A stretch of 64,000 nucleotides of DNA. Source: an uncultured bacterium (GTDB lineage: Bacteria > Oederibacteriota > PGYV01 > CAWJRG01). Made by a program: the position numbers and the translations under genes. The notes beneath the pieces were generated by a model, which was given only the letters and a program-made list of their open reading frames with translations, had not been told where the DNA came from and ran no database searches. Positions 1-10,783 of the stretch are shown in pieces (within the stretch, counting starts at the first letter, position 1; the number at the start of each line of letters is the position of its first letter). Location of the stretch: assembly GCA_963845185.1 (NCBI GenBank), contig CAWJRG010000010.1, forward strand, positions 640,001 to 704,000, written 5' to 3'.

Positions 1-37
1 TTCTCGCCCCGCCAAGTATAAAAGTTATCTTACTCAT
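1..37 (-). CDS. cobU: N-terminus (partial, runs off window) of adenosylcobinamide kinase/guanylyltransferase
   Basis: ATG at 37 translates MSKITFILGGAR, matching the CobU/CobP GGARSGKS start; overlaps the upstream stop in a B12 operon. Confidence 0.7.
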   Translation of the reverse strand, partial: MSKITFILGGAR

Positions 38-629
38 AATAAGCCTTTCCTTTTCCAATTTTCAGCAGCCGCGCGCCGCCGGGCGGTGTTTGAACGTCCT
101 TGCTTTTAAATAAAACATTCATTATTACGCATATGGGCCCTCCATGTGTAATAACGACAACTGTCTTTCCCCTGTTCCCTGAAACTATGCGTTTTATGGA
201 TCTTACAACTCTTTTCTCGAATTCATCCATTGCTTCAGCGCATGGTATTGTTGTGTTATACGGGTCTGTTATCCATTTTCTGTATGTTTTTTCCTGCTTC
301 TTCATCAACTGCGCGTGCGTCATGCCCTCAAACGCGCCAAAGTCATATTCCCGTAAATCCTGCATTATCTCCGGCTCCCTGTCTGGAAAAATAATCCTTG
401 CAAATTCAAGCGCTCTTTTCCTGTCGCTTGTGTATACGCGGTCAATATGCGCGTTTTCATATTTTTTTCTCAGTTCTTTTGCCTGTTTTATGCCGGCGGC
501 GTTAAGCCCTGTATTGGTCATGCCGAAATAACGTTTCTTCGCGTTCCAGCCGGTCTCGCCGTGCCTGATCAGGAATAATTTTGTCAAATCTTTGTCTCTT
601 TGTTCTTTTTTTGCTCTTACAGTACACAT
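30..629 (-). CDS. cobC: Histidine phosphatase family, likely alpha-ribazole phosphatase (true start may be TTG at 587)
   Basis: LIRHGET.WN, LREYDFG.FEG and THGG motifs; B12 operon context. Confidence 0.75.
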   Translation of the reverse strand: MCTVRAKKEQRDKDLTKLFLIRHGETGWNAKKRYFGMTNTGLNAAGIKQAKELRKKYENAHIDRVYTSDRKRALEFARIIFPDREPEIMQDLREYDFGAFEGMTHAQLMKKQEKTYRKWITDPYNTTIPCAEAMDEFEKRVVRSIKRIVSGNRGKTVVVITHGGPICVIMNVLFKSKDVQTPPGGARLLKIGKGKAYYE

Positions 630-630
630 T

Positions 631-1320
631 TTAACCCTTGCTCAGCCCTTCGTCCGGAAGCAAGTCGCAGAAACAAAATCTGCCTTCTTTCAAAACGACG
701 TCTCCTCTTTTCACGTAAATTTTCCTGTCGAATATGGGCCCGTCATAAACAAAAGTATGGAATTCTCCGTTCTCGCCGCACGGGTCAACTGAAAACGGCA
801 AATCGGATAACAGGGTTTTGTCGAATTCCCGTCCTGCAAAGCTTGCGTCAAGAAATTTCGTATCGACGCAGGTAATAACCGCCTTGAAGCCTAAATTGAT
901 AAATGAATCGGCAAGCTGCCTGGAGTCTTTCTTCCACAGCGGAAAAATCGCGTTCATTTGAAGTTTTGCAAGGTTGTTTTCGCGGTATTTACGCAAATCT
1001 TCAAGAAAAATGTCTCCAAAAACGACGGAATCCGTGCCCCTGTCCCTGTAATTCCCGAGAATCCGCGCCATGTTGGTTTCATATTCTTCGTTTGACGCGT
1101 TTTTCGTAATAAGCACTTTTTCAAGCCGGAGGTTCAGGGCATTTGCCTGTTGCGCAAGCAGGACACTGCGCACGCCGTGCATGCTGATCCTGTCATAATC
1201 TTCCGTAACTGTTGTCAGTAAAGCCTCCACGGAATAATTGCCGGATTTAAGAATTTCATATAAGGCGAATGAACTGTCTTTTCCGCCGCTCCATGACGAA
1301 ACCACGCTGATATTATTCAT
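631..1320 (-). CDS. PP-loop ATPase, DUF71/diphthine-ammonia ligase (MJ0570-like) family
   Basis: SWSGGKDS, FGDIFL and DPCGENGEFHTFVYDGPIF motifs. Confidence 0.9.
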   Translation of the reverse strand: MNNISVVSSWSGGKDSSFALYEILKSGNYSVEALLTTVTEDYDRISMHGVRSVLLAQQANALNLRLEKVLITKNASNEEYETNMARILGNYRDRGTDSVVFGDIFLEDLRKYRENNLAKLQMNAIFPLWKKDSRQLADSFINLGFKAVITCVDTKFLDASFAGREFDKTLLSDLPFSVDPCGENGEFHTFVYDGPIFDRKIYVKRGDVVLKEGRFCFCDLLPDEGLSKG

Positions 1321-1374
1321 CTACCCGTCCTCCCAAATTCAAAATTTCTCCTTCCACCCTGATGGCGGAAAATA

Positions 1375-3372
1375 TCAAAACTGCACTTCCATGCCTGCCA
1401 TTATCATCCGTCCCTGTGTCTGATAATCATAAACTATGCGGTATTTCGTATTGTCGAATATGTTGCTCACATTGCAGAATATCCGTATATTATCGTTGAG
1501 TTTCTGTGCCGCATTTATATTTAAAAGATAATACGGCTTTAGAATTACTGAATTCCCTGAAGTAGAGTCAATTCTGTTATCGACATACTCGGCGTCAGCC
1601 GAAAGTTTTATCGCGTAAGGCAGAGAGACCGACGTATTTCCGGTAATTTTATTCCTCGGCATATACGGCAGGGGTTTGCCGCTTACTTCGTCGGTGCCGA
1701 GCATGCATGTATATCCCGCGGCAATGGACCAGAAATCATAAGGCCTATAACTCGCCTTTACCTCTGCGCCCGTGATGACAGCTTTGCCGATATTTACAGG
1801 TGTCGTTATATAAGTAGCGGGATTATATGAATAATTAATCAGGTCAGTCACGCTTCTGTAAAACCACACCAGCGATCCTGTAAACCTGTCGGTTTTATTA
1901 TCCACTCCAAGTTCGTAGGACATGGCTTGCTCGGGTTTTAAATCAGGGTTGGACTTTATGCCCCACGCTATATCGGAATAATAAAGCTCGTCAAGCGTGG
2001 GCGCTGAAAATGAATAATCCATGGTTCCGTGAACATTCGTATTTTCAGGCAGCGCGTACTTTGCCCCGAAGCTCCAGCTGTACATATTCCCATATACCGT
2101 GTTGATGTCATATCTCCCTCCGGCATCGGCCACGAGCGCTTTTATCGGCATCAGGGACACATTTAACATGATGCCTTCGTTCTGGATAATTTTCGTTCCT
2201 ATGCTGGTATCATTTATCGTTTTAATATTCTCATCAAAACCGCCTATAAGCGAAAGATAGCTTAATTGGTCATAAATTCCCATTATGCTTCCCTGCGTTT
2301 CTTTGGCGACTGTCCGCGTAGATGGATACATTGGAGAGGTGTTTGTCATGTCCCCGCTTCTCTTAAACACGCTCGCATCAATCTTTACGGCGTCAAGAGT
2401 TTCAATTTCATCGGCGCCGAATGAATAATTTTCATCATATTGATTGCCGGAAAATTCAGGGTTTGAAATGGAACCCGGGTATGCCGCATATCTATTAAGG
2501 TAATTGCCTGTCAGCGTTGTTTTGCTCCAGCCCTCTTCGAACGTAAGCTTCCCGTTAAAATATCTCTTCAGATAATCGCTGCCGGGAAAATTATCAATGT
2601 TTGGAAGATATCCCGCGCTTCTTTCCTGCAGCCCGCTTGCCGAAATCCCTGCTTTTCCAAGTTTGAAAGCGGTGCCGAGCGTTTCTCTCAGGGTATTATA
2701 GGACCCGTTTGAAACAGATGCATTTATAATGTTTTTCAATCCGGAATTTGTGATGATATTTACCACGCCTGCCGTAGCATCCGGCCCGTATATTGAAGAT
2801 AACCCTCCTTTTACAACTTCAATCCTGTCGATATTCAAAAGGTTTATCAAACCCATGTCGGTTGCGCCTGAAAGCATATCCGCCGTGGGCATATTGTCTA
2901 CCAGCACGAGCACCTGGTTTGATGCTGAGCCTCTCATCAGCAGCGATGCCGTGCCTTCTGCCCCGGAATATTTTTCTATCGTAATATCGGAAATCTCCTG
3001 AAGGATGTCTTCCGCTTTTGTCTTTCCCGAGTCCTGAATCTGTTCATTTGTTATTACATCTACGCTGCGCGGCACAAGGTTTAATATTTCCGGCACCTTA
3101 CGCGCTGTTACTACTACCTCGTTTAGCGTTGACTGCTGCGCTGTTTGAGTCGCCGCCTGCATAGAATTTGAATTATTTTCCTTTTTACCGGCCTCCGGCG
3201 GCGCAGTTTCTGCGACATTTTGTTGCGTTGTTTTATCCGGTTCGCTTTTTTGTATTATGGCAGAGCTTCCATTTGTTGCACTTTCAGGCAAATAGCCCGC
3301 ATCGTCAGCATGCGCCTGCAGCGCTCCTGCGGACAAACAGAGACAGATAAAAATTACTTTTTTAATCGGCAT
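1375..3372 (-). CDS. btuB: TonB-dependent receptor, likely cobalamin transporter
   Basis: Signal peptide, EVVVTA TonB box, plug motif IDRIEVVKG..SSIYG..A..GVVNIIT, NPDLKPE, C-terminal F; downstream of B12 riboswitch. Confidence 0.85.
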   Translation of the reverse strand: MPIKKVIFICLCLSAGALQAHADDAGYLPESATNGSSAIIQKSEPDKTTQQNVAETAPPEAGKKENNSNSMQAATQTAQQSTLNEVVVTARKVPEILNLVPRSVDVITNEQIQDSGKTKAEDILQEISDITIEKYSGAEGTASLLMRGSASNQVLVLVDNMPTADMLSGATDMGLINLLNIDRIEVVKGGLSSIYGPDATAGVVNIITNSGLKNIINASVSNGSYNTLRETLGTAFKLGKAGISASGLQERSAGYLPNIDNFPGSDYLKRYFNGKLTFEEGWSKTTLTGNYLNRYAAYPGSISNPEFSGNQYDENYSFGADEIETLDAVKIDASVFKRSGDMTNTSPMYPSTRTVAKETQGSIMGIYDQLSYLSLIGGFDENIKTINDTSIGTKIIQNEGIMLNVSLMPIKALVADAGGRYDINTVYGNMYSWSFGAKYALPENTNVHGTMDYSFSAPTLDELYYSDIAWGIKSNPDLKPEQAMSYELGVDNKTDRFTGSLVWFYRSVTDLINYSYNPATYITTPVNIGKAVITGAEVKASYRPYDFWSIAAGYTCMLGTDEVSGKPLPYMPRNKITGNTSVSLPYAIKLSADAEYVDNRIDSTSGNSVILKPYYLLNINAAQKLNDNIRIFCNVSNIFDNTKYRIVYDYQTQGRMIMAGMEVQF

Positions 3373-3386
3373 GTTCCCTCCTGTTG

Positions 3387-4259
3387 TTATTTTAACCGGA
3401 TTTTATCGAAAATATTCTCCAACATTTCGATAGCCTTTGATATTCTCGGCCCGGGCCTGAGCATTATATCCATATCTTTTTTCCCGATTACGAAGATATT
3501 TCCAAAAATCCCCGCTTTTGCCAATTTAAACCAGCTTCTTTCCATGTATCCGGATTCCGGTGTATATAAGAGCAGTATCACGTCTGGATTTCTTTTGATT
3601 ATTTCTTCGGGCGATACTTTGGGATAAAAAGAAATTGAGTCGGCCATCACGTTTATTCCGCCTGCTTTTGAGATGACATCGGTTATGAAAGAGTCCCTGC
3701 CGATGCTTATGGCGGGATTTCCCCATAACTCCAAATATACTTTTATATGTTTGTTTTGTTTTATATGTGAAATGGTTTTTTCGATGCTTGTAACTATTTT
3801 ACCGGCGGTTATTTCATTTCCAAGCAATTTTCCCATAATTTGTATGTCTTTCTCTATGGCTGAAATATCCCGCGAATAAAAAATAACGACTTTAATCTTT
3901 AATTCTTCAAGTTTTTCTATTATTTTATCCTGAAGGTCCTTTGTCGCGAGCACAACATCCGGTTTCAACGCCAATATTTTTTCAATATCCGGACTGACAA
4001 ACGAGCCTGCCTTTTCTTTTGTCAAGGCAGAAATCGGATAATTGCAGTTGATAGTGACAGCTTTAAGCTTCTTCCCGCCGCCAAGGGCATAGACCATCTC
4101 GGTTTGCGCCGGAGAAAGCGAAACAATACTTTTTACCGGTAATTTGATATCTGTTTTTCTTCCGGCATCATCAGTTATAATTTCAGCATGCGCTGAAATT
4201 ATACAGAAAAAGGAAATAAAGAAAACAAACCCGGTGCTTCTTAATAAATTAATTTTCAT
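3387..4259 (-). CDS. btuF: Periplasmic cobalamin-binding protein
   Basis: IVSLSPAQTEMVYALG, DIEKILALKPDVV and RPGPR motifs. Confidence 0.85.
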   Translation of the reverse strand: MKINLLRSTGFVFFISFFCIISAHAEIITDDAGRKTDIKLPVKSIVSLSPAQTEMVYALGGGKKLKAVTINCNYPISALTKEKAGSFVSPDIEKILALKPDVVLATKDLQDKIIEKLEELKIKVVIFYSRDISAIEKDIQIMGKLLGNEITAGKIVTSIEKTISHIKQNKHIKVYLELWGNPAISIGRDSFITDVISKAGGINVMADSISFYPKVSPEEIIKRNPDVILLLYTPESGYMERSWFKLAKAGIFGNIFVIGKKDMDIMLRPGPRISKAIEMLENIFDKIRLK

Positions 4260-4358
4260 CAGTTAAGCGCTCCTTATTACTTAAAAATTCTGCATATAAT
4301 TTTACAGGCGGATAATGAAGCACCTTTCGGCAGGAGGGAGTAATAGCGGTTTTAAAAT

Positions 4359-4383
4359 AAAAAACCCGGCAACCTGCGCCGGG
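4359..4383 (-). terminator. Intrinsic terminator of riboswitch expression platform
   Basis: Minus strand CCCGGC-gcaggtt-GCCGGG followed by U-tract, between aptamer and btuF. Confidence 0.75.
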
Positions 4384-4434
4384 AATGGAATCATAATTTT
4401 GCTATATTTTCCCTTTGTGCGAAGGTACTAACCT

Positions 4435-4535
4435 GTAAACTACAGTGGACCGGGCTACCCTTTCGGGATTACCGTTGCGACACAGCGCCCTGAATTTCAC
4501 AGGGACTTCCTCTGTAATAATGGTTCTGCCAGAAA
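4435..4535 (-). promoter_or_regulatory. Cobalamin riboswitch (short form); ends approximate
   Basis: Minus strand AGAGGAAGTCCCTGTGAAATTCAGGGCGCTGTGTCGCAACGGTAA-hairpin-AGCCCGG resembles the B12 element core; upstream of btuF/btuB. Confidence 0.8.
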
Positions 4536-4807
4536 CTTAGCATAAACAGCAGTCGGCTGTCAACAACTTTCTTATATTGTTTTGTTTTGATTGTCAATTT
4601 CATACATAATATTTTATACTGGAGCCCCATCACGCGCATGCGCGTAGTACCAGTTAACGGCATACGACTCTTTTCCGTCCTGAGCGAGTCGTGGGACTCG
4701 CTTTCTGCCCGCCGCTGCTAATCTAACGCTTGCCGTTGTGGCAGTAATATGACCTACATGAAGCAGAATGCGTAAGGTATTGGTAAATAAAATATATGCG
4801 CATAAAT

Positions 4808-7261
4808 TTATTGGATTGCTTTTGGCCCTATCCCCGCGTCCGCCATCTGCATGGTGTACTCCAGCATATGGTATGCTGCTGAGGCGTCGTCCGGTATCGT
4901 GACGATATTTATGGACATGGGCGAAAAAGTTATTTTCCTGGGCTTGAGTTTTTCGACCGCAAGCGTCAGGACCCTCTTCACTGTATCTTTGTTGACGACC
5001 AGTATTGCTGTGGCTGCCTTTTTTCCGTCGTAGCTCGCATATACAGACATGCCATCAGGCGCCTCAGACGGCTTGACTGATATGCCGCTGAAGTTTGTGT
5101 CCACCATTTGCTGGACGTAATATTCAGGCGTGAGTTTATATGTCACCGGATTTTTTGTTGGGTCAGTCAGCACAAACCCGAAGACAGTAAAGTTTGCGCT
5201 CTGTACAGGCTCGGCAAGTTCCCAGAACGAGAAGTTCCAGAGCCCTGCCTCGAGCGCGGCGCCCATCCTGTCCGCGTCCCAGATGGCCGCGTAGAATGTC
5301 CCGGGCCCTACCTTGCGTGTCTCCGGAGTGTATAAATTGGTATTAGCGTCGTAGCAGACGCTTGCCTCGGTGATGGCCAGCTGCGTGCCCGACTTTCCGT
5401 GTTTTGCTATTCGGTTTTTTACGCTCTGGACAAACTCCGGAAACCCGTCTATATCATTTAGCACGCCCGCTTCAGTGAGCTCCCGTGCGGAAAAACCATA
5501 ATGATGTATGCTCACTATGTCGATGTAGTCCTTGCACCCGTCGAGCATCGGGCTCAGCCAGTCATTGCCATCATTGTATTTGGCGCCGAGCTCCGGCCCT
5601 ACGAATTTAATATCCACGCCGCTGTGCGCCTTTTCATTGGCGTCCAGCATTGCCTTTGCGTAGGAATTGTAGATAGCGGCATATTCGGACACGGTCGTAA
5701 CAGGCAGGCCTGTTTTCCTTTGAAAGAATACATCATATATATCCACCTCGTCGCCTATGCTCCAGTACTTGACCCCGTACTTTTTGGTGCCGTTTATATA
5801 GGTGACAATGTCCGCCGCTCCCTGCGCCGAGGTCTTGCCGCCATCCTTGTTGTTTCCGTAAACAGGTACCATCATGATAGGCTCTGCGCCTGTTGCGCGG
5901 CAATATTCTATAAACTTATCCTCCTGGCTATTGTCGAAAAGCTCAGGACTGTTCGCGTCGTTTTGGTTGTCCGCGCCTACAATTACGTTAAGTTTCAGCG
6001 CCTTGACAGGCTCCTCTGATCCCTTTAACCCGACCAGGCCGTTTTTGTTCCAGTCTATCCAGTCAAAGTAGCAGCTGCCGAAAGCATAGGGTGATATTGG
6101 GACACCGTTGTCCCGGCTTATCTTTACCGTCTTTATCTGGGCGCCGGCTTTTGCTTTGTCAAAAAAAGCGCCTCCTGTGCCTGCCGCCTCAACCTGACCT
6201 ATTTCCAGGACAGAATCGCCTGTGATCCTTGGCATAAAAGTAATGCCCTTGGTCAACTTCAGGTCCATGCTGTGCCCCAATCGCGCGCCGGCCGGTGTGT
6301 AATATGGGTCCTTTTGGAATGATGAAAATGGGAGCGTGACTTCTGTCCAGTCCCCGGATGATACCTGGAACACTGTGCCATACTGCACGTTAAATGAGTC
6401 CTTCAAAGACATCTGCACGTTGCCTGCCGCGCTTGATTTTATTTTAAATTTGAAACAGGTATTTTTGGAAAGGTCGGAAACCGGGACATTGCGTCCAATG
6501 CCGCACCACCCGCCCTTGGCCAGGCTGTAGGTAAGCTTTACTGCCTTTTGTCCGTCGGGCCCTGTCTCAAGCACAGCGTCACACCTGGAGCCCATAGAGT
6601 CTGCGAAAGTCCCAAGCATCTGGAAAGGGCTGGTAAACCAGTCCTCGATTATCCTGCCGTTTGAAGTAGAAACTATTATTACAGGCGTGGGTGCCGCGCC
6701 CGCTGATGCTTTCCCGGCTGCCTCGATGGGCCCGATTTCCACGGTTGAGTCTCCGGTAATTTCCGGCTGCAAATTCATGCTTTTGGTCATGGTGAGGTCC
6801 ATGGCATGCCCGGGTATCGCGTCCGGCGGCGTGTAATAAGGGTCCTTGTTAAAGGATGAAAAAGGAACCGTGACTTCTGTCCAGTCCCCGGATGAAACCT
6901 GGAACATGGCGACATACTGCACGTTGTATGAGTCCTTGAGCGCTATTTGCACTTGCCCGTCCGCGTTTGACCTGGCTTTGAACTTGAGTGAATTGTCTTT
7001 GGAAAGGTCGGCCGCGACAGCGCGCCAGATCCCGCACCAGCCGCTCGCGGTTATTTTTGATGTCAGCTTGATGGCCTTGTTTCCGTCAGGCCCGGCTTCA
7101 GCCGTGAAACTGATCTTGGAACCCGTGGTATCCGCGAATGTCCCAATGTCCTGCCCCGGGTTCACCATGCTCCAGTCCTCGATGACCGCCGCAAAAACAG
7201 CTGAAGACAGGAACAACAAAACCGCCGCGAGACTTAAAAGTCTTTTCATTTTTCTTTTCAT
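4808..7261 (-). CDS. Secreted glycoside hydrolase: 2x CBM11/CIA30-like domains + clan GH-A-like (GH44/GH51/GH39-like) catalytic domain
   Basis: Signal peptide; two repeats of GWCGI...WTEVT.PFSSF.KDPYY; catalytic-like YWSIGDE, FVGPE, SIHHY, LAITE; GGAG RBS before ATG 7261. Confidence 0.75.
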   Translation of the reverse strand: MKRKMKRLLSLAAVLLFLSSAVFAAVIEDWSMVNPGQDIGTFADTTGSKISFTAEAGPDGNKAIKLTSKITASGWCGIWRAVAADLSKDNSLKFKARSNADGQVQIALKDSYNVQYVAMFQVSSGDWTEVTVPFSSFNKDPYYTPPDAIPGHAMDLTMTKSMNLQPEITGDSTVEIGPIEAAGKASAGAAPTPVIIVSTSNGRIIEDWFTSPFQMLGTFADSMGSRCDAVLETGPDGQKAVKLTYSLAKGGWCGIGRNVPVSDLSKNTCFKFKIKSSAAGNVQMSLKDSFNVQYGTVFQVSSGDWTEVTLPFSSFQKDPYYTPAGARLGHSMDLKLTKGITFMPRITGDSVLEIGQVEAAGTGGAFFDKAKAGAQIKTVKISRDNGVPISPYAFGSCYFDWIDWNKNGLVGLKGSEEPVKALKLNVIVGADNQNDANSPELFDNSQEDKFIEYCRATGAEPIMMVPVYGNNKDGGKTSAQGAADIVTYINGTKKYGVKYWSIGDEVDIYDVFFQRKTGLPVTTVSEYAAIYNSYAKAMLDANEKAHSGVDIKFVGPELGAKYNDGNDWLSPMLDGCKDYIDIVSIHHYGFSARELTEAGVLNDIDGFPEFVQSVKNRIAKHGKSGTQLAITEASVCYDANTNLYTPETRKVGPGTFYAAIWDADRMGAALEAGLWNFSFWELAEPVQSANFTVFGFVLTDPTKNPVTYKLTPEYYVQQMVDTNFSGISVKPSEAPDGMSVYASYDGKKAATAILVVNKDTVKRVLTLAVEKLKPRKITFSPMSINIVTIPDDASAAYHMLEYTMQMADAGIGPKAIQ

Positions 7262-7275
7262 TTTTGTCTCCATTT
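6705..7275. repeat. Copy 1 of duplicated RBS + signal peptide + CBM11-like module
   Basis: Highly similar to 9425..9995 (offset 2720 bp). Confidence 0.9.
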
Positions 7276-7279
7276 ATGT

Positions 7280-9981
7280 TTATTCCATTTCAATCGAAAT
7301 AACATTATAATATTTCAAATTGTCCACCTTCAGTTTCAAGACTCCGTTATTAAAATCATACTTAACGTCCTTTTTGCCGTTGAAATCAGGCGAAACAGCG
7401 TACACTTTTAACGGCTTTTTTTGCAGCTCTATAAGTACATTAAAATCCCTTTGTGGCAGGATTTTGCCCTTATAGTTGTGATTGACCAGGTGAAGGACAT
7501 AGCGGTTGTCCTTTTTTTGTTCCATAAGGTTGTATGAAATATTTTTCCGCGGTATCCTCACGTTTACCGGCGAATAATCGTTGCCGTGGTAAAAGCCGCT
7601 GTTGTCTTTATAATACTTCGCGTATTCCGCGAAAAAATCCAATACCCGGATTCTTCAGCCGTGGGCTCGCCGGGCATCACGGTCGCGAGATGAAAGGCGT
7701 AATAACAGCCCGCGGCGTATGCTTCAGCGGCGTATATCCGCCAGAAATCCATTTTTTGTCCGGCTGAAAGCGCGTAATAGCCGTCAATTACCCTGTTTGG
7801 AAAATCAAGAAAAAATACAAGCGGGACATCTCCCGATGCTTCTTTACTGCGTTTATACATTTTCTTGTATATGTCCATGACTGACACGCTTCCGTCAAGT
7901 TTTCCGTCTTTTATGGGCACATAATCAAGGCCGTTCCAGTCCATGGGGGCGTTATCCGGGTTCGGCATGTAAATGCCCAGGCTGTTAAAATCGACGCATG
8001 GCATAATGCCGTTGCAGGTTATCAGTATCTTTTTCCCGTATTTTTCCCTGCCGTACGCCCTTGCAGCGTCAAATATTTCTTTTAAATACTTCTTTATGTA
8101 GACGCCTGTAAAAGTGCCGTCATTATACAGCCTGTTTCCCATTTGCTTGCCCCATTCTTTCGCGAGCGGGTTTGACTCTTCCTGCACCGTATCCTTTCCC
8201 CATGTTTTGCCGGTCCAGCCGTTTTTTTGCAGGTATTTCCTGTAGTTGAAATTCCTGTCAAGGTCGTCTGCCGGGACGCCTTTTTTTATGATGTTGTCGT
8301 CCGTCATTTTAAAATTATTTTTCCAGTCCGCGTCTTTATAATTTGGATATTTGTCCATAAGGTACCTGTTGAAATCCGCTATTGAATAGTCATCGAACCC
8401 TTCGTTGCCCGACCAGTTTTTTGCGGGCCCGCCCAGATACCCTGAATTTGCCTCGTCAAGGTGTATGCCGTCTGCGCCGCCGTCTATGAGCATTTTGCAG
8501 GTTTCTATTAGGTATTGCCTGTATTTCGGGTTTGCGAGCGCGCCGCGGTTTCCCACGCCCAGGAAGTCGTCCCACGGCACGACCTCGTTGTTTGCGTCCC
8601 TGGAAGCCATATTTAAAAAATCCCCGTTTGATTTAAATTCATTTTTATCTATGACCGTCGTAATCCCGCCCATGGCCAGTATGCCGGAATAATGGTATTT
8701 TTTCATATTGCTGAAATCGTAATCTGTCTTAGCGGCTCCGTCCGCGCCCCATTTGCAGAAATTCCTGATATTTATATCCGGTTTTACCTTATAAATCAGC
8801 GGGTCATATTCCTTCGGCCTTAGCTGGTCAAACACAAAGACCGTACAATCGCCAATATCCTTGTTTAACTTTTTATCTTCCAGGTTTTCAGGAAAAATAA
8901 TTTCGGATTTGTCCCCGCCCAGGTCGGTTACTGCGACATTACTGAAAATTATTGTGCTCTTTGCCTGCCCGCCGAACATCAGCTGGAAGGATGCTTTGGG
9001 GTCGGTCTCCATGTGCATGGTAAAGGTATAGGAGTATTTCCCGCTTTTTCCGGATAATTTGAATGTCCTTTGCTTTGAATATGAGGTCCACGGTTCTTTG
9101 TCCAGGTGTATTTCAGAAACTATGCTTATCGGCGGGTCTGCCCTGGCCTCAAACTCAACCCTGTATATTCTTCCCTTTACAATATTTATGCCCGGATTTG
9201 AAATACCCGCTGACCATAAATATGGCCCCGGCTCAGTAATTTCCACCTGCCCCCGGCCGTTTGCCGCGGTAAATACGCCCTTGCCTGTCTGGTTTGTCCA
9301 GAAATACCAGTTATTATTTCCCTGGCTGAAGTCTCCATTTACAGGCTGTAAAACATCATTGCCCGGTATCCCGCTTTTTGAAGCAGAAGAAGCGCCGCTG
9401 ATGGGCGTTGGAGCCGCGTTTGCAGATGCTTTCCCGGCTGCCTCGATGGGCCCGATTTCCACGGTTGAGTCTCCGGTAATTTCCGGCTGCAAGTTCATGC
9501 TTTTGATCATTGTGAGGTCCATGGCATGCCCGGGTATCGCGTCCGGCGGCGTGTAATAAGAGTCCTTGTTAAATGATGAAAAAGGTACTGTGACTTCTGT
9601 CCAGTCCCCGGATGAAATCTGAAACACGGCAACATACTGCACGTTGTATGAGTCCTTGAGCGCTATTTGCACTTCCCCGGCAGTGTTTGACTTGACCTTG
9701 AATTTCAAGGAACCAAACTTCGAAAGGTCTAGCGCAACAGCGCGCCATATTCCGCACCAGCCGCTCTCGGATATTTTTGAGGTCAGCTTGATGGCCTTGT
9801 TGTTGTCAGGCCCGGCTTCAGCCGTGAAACTGATCTTGGAACCCGTGGTGTCCGCAAACGTTCCTATGTCCTGACCATGGTTCACCCTGCTCCAGTCCTC
9901 AATGACTGCCGCAAAAGCAGCCGAAGACAGGAATAACAAAACCGCTGCTAAACTTAAAAGTCCTTTCATTTTTCTTTTCAT
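7280..9981 (-). CDS. Secreted CBM11-like + CBM4/9-like + TIM-barrel glycoside hydrolase-like protein (~900 aa), frameshifted near 7645
   Basis: ORFs 7564..10140 and 7280..7642 join as EESG-VLDFFAEY if one base is added; NGDFS CBM4/9 start; DGGADGIHLDE; C-terminal VLHLVNHNY beta domain; GGAGG RBS before ATG 9981. Confidence 0.7.
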
Positions 9982-9995
9982 TTTTGCCTCCATTT
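9425..9995. repeat. Copy 2 of duplicated RBS + signal peptide + CBM11-like module
   Basis: Highly similar to 6705..7275. Confidence 0.9.
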
Positions 9996-10176
9996 TGTGG
10001 AACATCGCTAAAAACCGCCGGAGATTATCATAAGTTCCCTCCGGAAAGTTATAATACATCCCCTCAACATGGGGGATTTCTTTCTGGATTAACATCGTTA
10101 CCTTACCCTGTATAATGGAGTTAAATGAAAAAGGTTGCAAATGATAGTTAAAAAAATTTGAATTGTAAGGGGTTTA

Positions 10177-10210
10177 ACGCCCCCCTTAACAAGGGGGGCG
10201 TAGGGGGGAT
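10177..10210. repeat. REP-like palindrome CGCCCCCCTT-aac-AAGGGGGGCG
   Basis: Perfect GC-rich hairpin followed by TAGGGGGGAT; related degenerate copy near 55145-55175. Confidence 0.55.
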
Positions 10211-10353
10211 TATGCCCTACCACAGATTTTTATTGGATTCCAAAAAAACTACCCCTGCCCAAACGCGACCCTACCCGGAATTTCTTGCTATTGATAAGAA
10301 TCCTCTTCTACACCGTTTTTCACAAAAAAAATCTCATATAATGTTATATACTA

Positions 10354-10453
10354 AATTACCATACAATGTGCAATACTATACAATTTGTATGGTAATTATT
10401 TCTTGACAACAGTTACCATACAATATATGCTAATTCAAATAATGTATGATAAC
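10354..10453 (+). promoter_or_regulatory. Sigma70 promoter with two tandem inverted-repeat operators
   Basis: TTGACA 10403-10408, 17 bp spacer, TATGCT; TTACCATACA-N20-TGTATG(G/A)TAA at 10356-10395 and 10413-10452. Confidence 0.75.
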
Positions 10454-10465
10454 GAGGTGAGTACA

Positions 10466-10783
10466 ATGGCAGTAATTAAAGCTATATTAAGGGAAGAACT
10501 TCGTAATGCTGTTGTTATGAAGTCAGAATATGAAAAAGCCTTATCCAACCTTCCTGAAGGGGCGCTTTTTAAAAAGATGATTAAAAACAGGGAATACTGG
10601 TACCTGATTTCAAGGAAAGATAAAAAGGTCCATTTTAAATATATGGGGAAGCTGGATAAAGACAAAATTAATGAATATAACGAATCAAAGAAACTAAGAG
10701 CAAAATACCGTAGCTTGCTGTCCCAGGTAAAAATTCGTATCAAGTATCTTAAAGGAGTTTTACGTGGAAAAAGAGAAATATGA
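10466..10783 (+). CDS. Small basic protein, putative antitoxin/DNA-binding partner
   Basis: GAGGTG RBS; LPEGAL..K.IK.REYWYL......V.FKYMG; overlaps downstream nucleotidyltransferase. Confidence 0.7.
   Translation: MAVIKAILREELRNAVVMKSEYEKALSNLPEGALFKKMIKNREYWYLISRKDKKVHFKYMGKLDKDKINEYNESKKLRAKYRSLLSQVKIRIKYLKGVLRGKREI

Noticed and set aside
4469..4790. 64-aa ORF and possible attC-like site upstream of the riboswitch
   Set aside because: ORF overlaps the riboswitch; no properly paired RYYYAAC/GTTRRRY ends and no integron integrase seen
9982..10140. N-terminal extension of the 858-aa ORF
   Set aside because: RBS, signal peptide and the paralog all point to a start at 9981
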